From a virus (Duplodnaviria; Caudoviricetes): DNA of 64,000 nt. Position 1 is the first letter of the stretch; the number at the start of each line of letters is the position of its first letter. The translations under genes and the position numbers were made by a program. Shown here piece after piece: positions 49,390-56,537 of this stretch. The DNA lies in IMG/VR virus record IMGVR_UViG_3300029911_000025, positions 775 to 64,774 of that record, one strand, 5' to 3'. The notes under the pieces are model-generated. The model made no database searches. It saw nothing but the letters and a program-made list of their open reading frames with translations, and had not been told where the DNA came from.

Positions 49390-49989
49390 ATGACCAAGAC
49401 CGTTACTAAAGACACTCGCCCCTCCAAGGGCGGCGAACCGACCGTGACCAAAGTGGCTACGGCGCCCGCGCACGGCGCAACGGACAAAGCGCCGCATACT
49501 AAGCGCGCCGTTGCTGAAAACGCGGCCGCGACCAAGCTTGCCAAGGCCGAGAAAACCTTGGCCGACGCCAAGGCGGCGGTGACCGTTGCAACCGCAACCG
49601 CCACTAAGGCTAAGGGCGCCGCCCGCAAGGACGCGTTTACCGCCAAGGCGGCGGCCGAACTGGCTGTCATCGCGGCAAACAAGGCGGTCAACGCCCTAAA
49701 GCGTGAGGCAATGACCCCGGAAGAACGCGCCGCAACCGCCAAGCCCGCCAAGGCGGCGACCAAGACGCCCCGCGTCGCGGTGAACCGGACGATCTCCAAG
49801 GGGTCGGTCGTGTACGCCAACGCCAAGGGCGGCTGGACCTTGTACATGGTCACGCTGACCCTGAAGCACAAGGACACGGACAGCGCGACCGCCGCGCACA
49901 AGGATGGCGCCGCGAAAGCGGGTTACCCCGCGACCAAGCCGCTGGACTTCAAGTGGATGGACGCCAAGGGGTACATCAAGCTCGGCTAG
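49390..49989 (+). CDS. Lys/Ala-rich (H1-like) protein with conserved C-terminal domain (paralog 2)
   Basis: RBS AAGGA; WTLYMVTLTLKHKDT...LDFKWMDAKGYI. Confidence 0.8.
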   Translation: MTKTVTKDTRPSKGGEPTVTKVATAPAHGATDKAPHTKRAVAENAAATKLAKAEKTLADAKAAVTVATATATKAKGAARKDAFTAKAAAELAVIAANKAVNALKREAMTPEERAATAKPAKAATKTPRVAVNRTISKGSVVYANAKGGWTLYMVTLTLKHKDTDSATAAHKDGAAKAGYPATKPLDFKWMDAKGYIKLG

Positions 49990-50038
49990 TGTCCGCCCGC
50001 AAAGACCCCACGCCCGAAAATGGCGTGGGGTCCGAGCG

Positions 50039-50093
50039 CCTGTCCACGCCTATCGCTGGCGTGCCGATGATGGCCAAGCATGGCCGAAACAGG
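50039..50093 (+). ncRNA. Hammerhead ribozyme HHR2, type III, variant core CCGAUGAU
   Basis: CCTGTC^-CACGCC tatcgct GGCGTG-CCGATGAT-GGCCA agca TGGCC-GAAACAGG; predicted cut after C50044. Confidence 0.8.
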
Positions 50094-50101
50094 AGACCAA
50101 G

Positions 50102-50335
50102 ATGGCAAAGCTAACTTGCGCTCGGGTTATAGAGCGCGGTCCCAGAGGCGGGACCTATGTACGCCACGTTCTGGAAGAGAACGGCACGGAGATCGGGCGC
50201 TTTGTTAAGCGCTCCGAATGCCAGCGCGCCTATGGCAAGCGCCGCGCCGCGTTGCTCGCCGAGGGGAAAAACGTGTTCACGTTCACCCGCGACTGGCATG
50301 GTCACTGGGACGGAGTGGACCGGCGTGCGCTCTGA
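50102..50335 (+). CDS. Hypothetical early protein
   Basis: RBS AGGAG overlaps HHR2 stem III. Confidence 0.7.
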   Translation: MAKLTCARVIERGPRGGTYVRHVLEENGTEIGRFVKRSECQRAYGKRRAALLAEGKNVFTFTRDWHGHWDGVDRRAL

Positions 50336-50567
50336 CCCAAAGCTGAGCGCTGCGGACATCGCGATAGCGGTGAACCGCGCGCCAACCATGTTCAAAGCTT
50401 GCCAGCGCGTCGCCGCCCATGGGCGGGAGCGTTGCACTAGCGAAGACTTCGCCAAAGCGCTGCGCCGCTATGACGCGGACACGGTGAAGCGCTTGGAAAA
50501 TCGCTTTGCCGCGTTGTCCGCTGGAGAGCGCGCGGCGATCATATCCGCGCTCATGGCGCGCCTATGA
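50325..50567 (+). CDS. Hypothetical protein, paralogous to the N-terminus of the next ORF
   Basis: APTMFKACQ...CTSEDFAKA...D..T.....RFA; GTG start after GGAG. Confidence 0.6.
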   Translation: MRSDPKLSAADIAIAVNRAPTMFKACQRVAAHGRERCTSEDFAKALRRYDADTVKRLENRFAALSAGERAAIISALMARL

Positions 50568-51139
50568 TCGCCCCGACCATCTTCGCGGCATGCCAGAGCA
50601 TCTCGGCCGTACACTGTACGGTCGAGGGCTTTGCGCGCGCCGTGCAAAACGTGGACGCGGCGACGCTAGCCAAGGCTGAGAAGCGCTTTGCCAAGGCAAA
50701 GCCCGATCAGCAGATGGCCATGGCGCGTCAGTTCATGTACAACGAAAAACTCCCTCATGAGAAGGAACCGACTATGAGAGATCTCGCCGCAATGTGGACA
50801 GGGAAGGCGATCTTTACCGACGCCTTCCTAAAAGTCCTGCCAAGGCGCCAGACGACCGCCCAAGAGCCTGAGCCGCGTGTGGCGACTAAGAGGGTAGTGA
50901 CGACCCGCCAGACTCGCGTCCGCCAAGGCGCGACGATCTACTATACAGCGGGACCGGCTCAGCACCGACGTGGTCGCAACGTGATGAACTGGACGAACTA
51001 CATGGTCCGGACCATCCTCGCCCATGGTAACACGCGGGACGCGGTCGCGGCTCACAGAGAGTCCGGCGCGTATCAAGAGAAGAAGCTGGACTTCAACTGG
51101 ATGTTCAAAAATCAGTACATTACCAAGGCCGACCCCTAA
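50564..51139 (+). CDS. Two-module protein with the conserved C-terminal domain (paralog 3); possible internal start at 50774
   Basis: APTIFAACQ module plus WTNYMVRTILAHGNT...LDFNWMFKNQYI. Confidence 0.75.
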   Translation: MIAPTIFAACQSISAVHCTVEGFARAVQNVDAATLAKAEKRFAKAKPDQQMAMARQFMYNEKLPHEKEPTMRDLAAMWTGKAIFTDAFLKVLPRRQTTAQEPEPRVATKRVVTTRQTRVRQGATIYYTAGPAQHRRGRNVMNWTNYMVRTILAHGNTRDAVAAHRESGAYQEKKLDFNWMFKNQYITKADP

Positions 51140-51150
51140 CCGGGTCGGCC

Positions 51151-51216
51151 GTTCATGTCCAAGGCTAATGCCGCCTTGCCGATGATGACCCAAGGCATAA
51201 GGGTCGAAACATGAAC
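51151..51216 (+). ncRNA. Hammerhead ribozyme HHR3, type III, variant core CCGAUGAU, with loop I-loop II complementarity
   Basis: GTTCATGTC^-CAAGGC taATGCC GCCTTG-CCGATGAT-GACCC aaGGCATaa GGGTC-GAAACATGAAC; predicted cut after C51159. Confidence 0.85.
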
Positions 51217-51227
51217 AGGAGATCTAG

Positions 51228-52331
51228 ATGACAATCTGGAGAGCAAACATATACGCTGCGAAATGCAGTGTATGCGGAATGGAGCTCCCTCCAAACGAGG
51301 GGTGCTACCGCGTTGACTCAGTAATGGGGCGCAAATTCTACTGCGCGACACACAGGTACGAGTTCGACGTAAGCGGCGAACCGGCCCCTGAGCCCGCGTT
51401 TGCCAAGAACGCGGCAACGTCAGCGGTCAACGTAGAGGGCGTCGACGTCGACGACCTTGCGCGCAAGACTGCTGACCTCACCTTCGAAAAGGTGGCCGAG
51501 CATTTCGTGGCCACGGTCGGCCCCGGCGTCGAGAGGATGCTCCCAGCGCTTGTGCGGTCCGAGCTTCTCAAGGTCACCAAGGTCGCGGAGATCAAGATTG
51601 GTAAGGCGCCCAGTGTAAAGCTGGACAAGAGCCACGCCATGCTCCCGACGATACTTCAGGCCATGGTGGCGGGGTCCAACCCATTCTTGGTCGGCCCAGC
51701 CGGTTCCGGCAAGACCACACTGGCGAAGCAAATCGCCAAGGTCATGGGGCTGAAGTTCTACATGGCGGCGCGAGTCACCAGCGAGTTCAAGCTTATCGGC
51801 TTCGTGGACGCCCATGGCGCCACGGTTCGCACAAGCTTCCGCGAAGCGTACGAATACGGTGGAGTCTTTCTCTTCGATGAGGTGGACGCCAGCGACGCGG
51901 ACGCCATGACAAGCTTTAATGCCGCGCTGGACAACGGCATGTGTGACTTCCCGAACGGTCTTGTGCAAGTCCACAAGGACTTCCACGCCATTGCGGCGGG
52001 CAATACCTTTGGGCGCGGCGCAGACCGCCAGTATGTCGGCCGCAATCAACTGGACGCGGCCACTATCGACCGGTTCGACTTCTTCGAAGTCGACTATGAT
52101 GAAGCGCTGGAGCACGAAATCGCTGGGGACACGGAATGGACCACCTATGTCCAGAAGATCCGCGCGCAAGTGATGGCGCAACAAGTCCGGCACATTGTCA
52201 GCCCGCGTGCCTCTATACGGGGCGCGCGCATGCTCGCCGCCGGTATGGACCGCGGAGTCGTCGCGGACGCCACGATCTGGAAAGGTCTGGCGGCTGACGT
52301 ACGGCGCCGCATAGAGAACGGGGTGCTCTGA
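51228..52331 (+). CDS. MoxR/CbbQ/CobS-like AAA+ ATPase
   Basis: Walker A GPAGSGKT, Walker B FLFDEVD, AAGNT and LDAAT.DRF. Confidence 0.9.
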   Translation: MTIWRANIYAAKCSVCGMELPPNEGCYRVDSVMGRKFYCATHRYEFDVSGEPAPEPAFAKNAATSAVNVEGVDVDDLARKTADLTFEKVAEHFVATVGPGVERMLPALVRSELLKVTKVAEIKIGKAPSVKLDKSHAMLPTILQAMVAGSNPFLVGPAGSGKTTLAKQIAKVMGLKFYMAARVTSEFKLIGFVDAHGATVRTSFREAYEYGGVFLFDEVDASDADAMTSFNAALDNGMCDFPNGLVQVHKDFHAIAAGNTFGRGADRQYVGRNQLDAATIDRFDFFEVDYDEALEHEIAGDTEWTTYVQKIRAQVMAQQVRHIVSPRASIRGARMLAAGMDRGVVADATIWKGLAADVRRRIENGVL

Positions 52332-53170
52332 TGCGCCTGTCACAGTCCGGTAACATAGTCGTTCAGTTTGGTGACTCGTTAGACGACGTTGTGCGTTACT
52401 TGCGCACGACGCCGCGTGTCTGGACCTACAACAACTCCAAGACTAATGACTACGGTCACCGCTGGACTTTTGGCCTTGACTACGAGGGTGCGCTGGAGCT
52501 CGCCCTCAAAGGATGGCCCGACGGCACGGACCGCCTTGCCAAGGGCGTCAAGGCTATGCCCGCGCCACAAGCGGTCCACCATAAGCGCCAGTTCGATGTC
52601 GGGGGTGACTTCCCCGATGTCGGCCGCTTCGTGAGTGGTCAGCCTGACTGCATGGTCCGGCGCGGGCGCCAGTCCGGCATAAAGCCGGTGATCCACTTGG
52701 TAATCGCGCCCATGACTCACAGCGAGGTCACCGCCTATGAGTTCCTCACCATGGGGACTGCTATGGCATTGGTCATCGACCAGTTGGAGGCCTCGGGACG
52801 CCGCGTGGAGCTGGACGTTGCGTTCTACCGGCGGCTCCCCAACGGCAAATCGCTAGAGGGCTGGAAGATAAAGCGCGCTGACGAACACTTGGACTTCGGG
52901 GCGCTTGCCTTTAGCATTGCGCATCCGGCCTCTGTGCGGCGCCTCGGGTTCGCTTTGCGGGAGCGCACGCGGTACAGTATGCAGGACGATGACTACGGAC
53001 ACTCCATACCCATCACGGCTGAAATCCTGCCGCTCATCGACGCTGAGCGCGCCTTGTGTATCAACATAGCGTACTCCGACTGTAAGACCACGCGCGGCGC
53101 CGTGCGCTCGTTGGTCAACATAATCAACAACGCGGCGGGCGAGACCATTGTGGAGGCAGACTATGACTGA
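52331..53170 (+). CDS. vWA-like partner of the AAA+ ATPase
   Basis: Coupled to the ATPase; AL.GW, G...DV....G.P..M and HP...RR motifs. Confidence 0.65.
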   Translation: MRLSQSGNIVVQFGDSLDDVVRYLRTTPRVWTYNNSKTNDYGHRWTFGLDYEGALELALKGWPDGTDRLAKGVKAMPAPQAVHHKRQFDVGGDFPDVGRFVSGQPDCMVRRGRQSGIKPVIHLVIAPMTHSEVTAYEFLTMGTAMALVIDQLEASGRRVELDVAFYRRLPNGKSLEGWKIKRADEHLDFGALAFSIAHPASVRRLGFALRERTRYSMQDDDYGHSIPITAEILPLIDAERALCINIAYSDCKTTRGAVRSLVNIINNAAGETIVEADYD

Positions 53171-53332
53171 AGAACCACTGTACCGCATCCAAGTCAAGCG
53201 GGGCGACCAATGGTCGTATATTCTAAAGCCCATGTCGCTCGACATGGAGCGGCGGACTCTGAACAGCCTGCCGCCACCGATCAGGGTGACCGACGAGTTC
53301 GGCGCCCCGATCCCGGACCTCGTGTGGTACAG

Positions 53333-53746
53333 ATGACCGCCCCCTTCACCAGCGCCACCGAAGCACGCGCCTTCGTGCTCGGTGGCAACGCGCGGTTCAC
53401 CATAGTATCAAAGGTGACCAAGTATCGGTACACCTATCGCGTGAGAGCCAGTAAGGACAAGCGAATCTCATTCGTGCGCCTGCTGACCGAGCCGGGACAC
53501 TACACCTATCTCGGCTTCATCAAGAACGGAGAGCTCCGCCTTAGCTCGAAGTCCAAGATGACCACTGGATCTCTGCCAGTGGAGGCGTTCGCTTGGTTAC
53601 TGCGGCGCTTGAACAAGGGCGAGCTCCATCCCATGCTGGAGATATGGCATGATGGTCACTGCGGGCGTTGTGGCAGAGCACTCACAGTGCCGAGTTCCCT
53701 CGCAAGCGGGTTCGGCCCAGAATGTGTGCTCCATGTCCACCACTAA
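53333..53746 (+). CDS. DUF6011-like Zn-finger protein
   Basis: C.RCGR.LT.P.S...G.GPEC. Confidence 0.75.
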   Translation: MTAPFTSATEARAFVLGGNARFTIVSKVTKYRYTYRVRASKDKRISFVRLLTEPGHYTYLGFIKNGELRLSSKSKMTTGSLPVEAFAWLLRRLNKGELHPMLEIWHDGHCGRCGRALTVPSSLASGFGPECVLHVHH

Positions 53747-54053
53747 GCTCATGGCAATCCTTGCCATAGGACCCGTATCAGGGCCGCTTTTGTTTTACGC
53801 CTACCATTGCGCCCGCAAGCGCCAATGGTGGCGCGTAGCAGCGTCCCTGAGCCTGCTAGGGGCGTTTTATGTGCTGGCGCCCGCCCTGCTAGTTCGCCTG
53901 TTAGTTTAGGCTTATACTTGCTTCGTTGGCTAACCCGCGAGCACGGCTCCGGCCGCGCGGGTAGTTCACAAGTACAGAGGAGAGACCATCATGAATCCCG
54001 GAGGTTAAACCCTTCAAGCCAAGGCCGACTCTTCCTGACCCGCGGAGTCGGCC

Positions 54054-54103
54054 GGGTCCACGGCTATCTGTCGTGCCGATGTGCGCAACTAAGCGCGAAA
54101 CCC
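54054..54103 (+). ncRNA. Hammerhead ribozyme HHR4, type III, variant core CCGAUGU
   Basis: GGGTC^-CACGGC tatct GTCGTG-CCGATGT-GCGC aactaa GCGC-GAAACCC; predicted cut after C54058; AAGGAGG follows. Confidence 0.72.
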
Positions 54104-54116
54104 CAAGGAGGTCCTA

Positions 54117-54326
54117 ATGCTTATGCAAGGAAACAAGCCGGTGAAGTCCGGTGAACGAGTCATCGATCAGCTTGGCCGGTCGTGGCAGTACGAGCGTGAT
54201 ATTCCGGCCGCAAAGAAAACGCCCGCCATTGTCACGGTGCGGCGCATCGACATGACCGGCGAGCCCGTGCGCGGCGAGACTAACTTCGCCATCCCCATGT
54301 TCCCAGCCTACTGGGTGAAGTCGTGA
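54117..54326 (+). CDS. Hypothetical early protein
   Basis: Strong RBS AAGGAGG directly after HHR4. Confidence 0.65.
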   Translation: MLMQGNKPVKSGERVIDQLGRSWQYERDIPAAKKTPAIVTVRRIDMTGEPVRGETNFAIPMFPAYWVKS

Positions 54327-54498
54327 CCCGCTTTCTCGGCTGTCTGGCGTGCGCCATGCTGGCGTGGTTCGTCGGTGCAGGGCTCCACGTTCCAGTCTGG
54401 AACGCGGGCTGGGCGTTAGCCGCCATGGGCGACCGCTGTGATATGGCGTCCACGGCGTTCTGCGCCGCGATCTGGCTTAGTGCGGAAAGGAGAAGCAA

Positions 54499-54759
54499 AT
54501 GATCCGCGAAGACTACACGTTCAGGGGAAAACCCTTCAGCCGGTTCATCCATATCTCGGGCGAGATCTGGTACACCTATTCCCACGAGACCGGGAATATG
54601 AGCATGACCCGGCCGAACCAATGGCGCCCACTGGCTGTCATGGACCGCATGCCCAGCCGTGGCAAGGGTGTACGCGAGGGCGTGCCTAACGACCCCGCGC
54701 ATGCTCAGGCCGTGGCCGAGAGCCACTTGGTCAACTACCGGCAGAGGACCGCGCCATGA
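54499..54759 (+). CDS. Hypothetical protein
   Basis: RBS AAGGAG. Confidence 0.6.
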   Translation: MIREDYTFRGKPFSRFIHISGEIWYTYSHETGNMSMTRPNQWRPLAVMDRMPSRGKGVREGVPNDPAHAQAVAESHLVNYRQRTAP

Positions 54760-55376
54760 CCGTATCGCCAGAGCGGTTGAAAACCCGCGCCCGCGTTATG
54801 GCGGCGTGGCGAAAACGCCGCGAAGCCAAGGGTCAAGCCCCAACTGCCGACGCCATACAAGCGCGCATGCGGGACGTTTGGCCCACGATGTCACAAGACG
54901 AGCAAGAGTTCGTTTTTCAGCAGGAGGCAAAGCTGTGACCACATTCATCAACGGCGGGATAGACGTATATCGTGCCCGCGTCATCGCCAGCGGACTAAGG
55001 CTCTACGCCAAGACCGGTATGAAGCCGAACAGCGCCTACACACCAACGGCCATGCTCAGGGCCGCGTCCGCCATCACGGGCGAGACATACAAGCGCGGCG
55101 AGTACGAACGCGCGGCGGCGGACCTCACCAAGATCGCCGACGAGGACCTGCTCGTCGCCGTGGCGCGTGGGGATATCTCATGAACCGAGAACGCGAAGAT
55201 ACACTGGGCGAGTGTATCATCGTCGTTGTGGTCGGGCTGATATTCTTGGTCGGCTACATCAAGCACGAGCATGACGCGATGCAGATAACCCCGCCGCGCG
55301 TCAGGGCGCCGCCCTTTATGCTTTGCCTTGAAGAAGCGCTGAGCGGGGATCCTCTCAACCACTGCAACGGAGTACC

Positions 55377-55811
55377 GTGATGAAAGACTTATTCGCTGGT
55401 GAAATGCGCGACATGACCAAGGAAGAGGCCAACGTTCTCATGAGCGTTATGTTCGCTGAGACACGCGGCGCGTTACCGCCGGTCAAAGCCCCTGACCTGT
55501 TCGCCGACATTGAGCCGCCCGACGTAACCAAAATCATCCAGAAACGTCTGGAGCTAACCGATCTGGAGTATAGCCCCGGCGTCGTTCTGGTTCTGAGCGA
55601 AGTGGCGGCGTGCAATCCAGGCCGTGCTGTCATGCTGGCGCATGCGCTGTTCAAGGCGACGCGCGAATACGGCGAGCCCATCACGGTGCTGGCGTTCGGG
55701 CTGAATATCTTGCCACGCGGCTACCCGACCGACGACAATTTCCGCGCTGTCTGGAACTCCCAGAAGATCGGCAGCGGGAACTACTTGGACACGGCGGAGG
55801 CGTGGCAGTGA
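55377..55811 (+). CDS. Hypothetical protein
   Basis: RBS GGAG; coupled ORF. Confidence 0.6.
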   Translation: MMKDLFAGEMRDMTKEEANVLMSVMFAETRGALPPVKAPDLFADIEPPDVTKIIQKRLELTDLEYSPGVVLVLSEVAACNPGRAVMLAHALFKATREYGEPITVLAFGLNILPRGYPTDDNFRAVWNSQKIGSGNYLDTAEAWQ

Positions 55812-56092
55812 GCCGCATGTACAGACGGACCCTATTCTGCCTGTTCCTTTTTCTTCATTGATATGGCGGCCTAAGTGAGTATCTTCGATAACATTGTCGT
55901 AGAATACGGCGGCGCTCTTGCGATTGGGTCGAGCGCTGATTATCGCGCGCGCTCATGTTTAGAGTGGTGCCATATCACCTTGCTTAGGCGCGGCGCTCAG
56001 AAACGCGCCGAATACTGGGCAGACTCTTGGTTCTATGAACTTCAATGCGCCCACTACTGGGCGATGTACGCACTAGCCTTGGAGGAAAACTC

Positions 56093-56404
56093 ATGATCAA
56101 CTTCGAACTGAAACATCCACAAGCTACGCGCGAGATGCTCGGGTATATCCCCGGCTTCTTAAACGAACACGACAAGGATGATGCCGTGGCGCAGCTTCAC
56201 AAGTGCTACGCCCATGGGGGCGGGTGGTGCCCGTTTGAGGGCTTTACGATGCTCCCAAACGGCAACCTCCAGTATCCAGGAGACCCGCCGACCCGGTTAC
56301 TCGCCGAAGGAAAGCTTCGCAAAGAGGTAATCCGTATATACGAGCACGCGTGGGTAGCCGTTGTTCAGCCCGACGGGGCGTTTATTGTGGCCCGTATGGA
56401 CTAA
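56093..56404 (+). CDS. Conserved hypothetical phage protein
   Basis: RBS GGAGG; Y.HGGGW..F, YPGDP and RMD end. Confidence 0.65.
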   Translation: MINFELKHPQATREMLGYIPGFLNEHDKDDAVAQLHKCYAHGGGWCPFEGFTMLPNGNLQYPGDPPTRLLAEGKLRKEVIRIYEHAWVAVVQPDGAFIVARMD

Positions 56405-56537
56405 TACCCTGTAGCCAAACCCTTTGCGGGCGGCTATACTGGTTAGTTCCACCTGTGGCCGGGTGGTGGGGCGGCGCACTGAAGAGTTCTGGACCTTCGC
56501 TTTAGCGCGCCGCCCCTACTTTAGCGGGAGGGTCCAC

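Noticed and set aside
56479-56485. CTGAAGA as a fifth hammerhead core
   Set aside because: There is no appropriately placed GAAA or three-stem junction.
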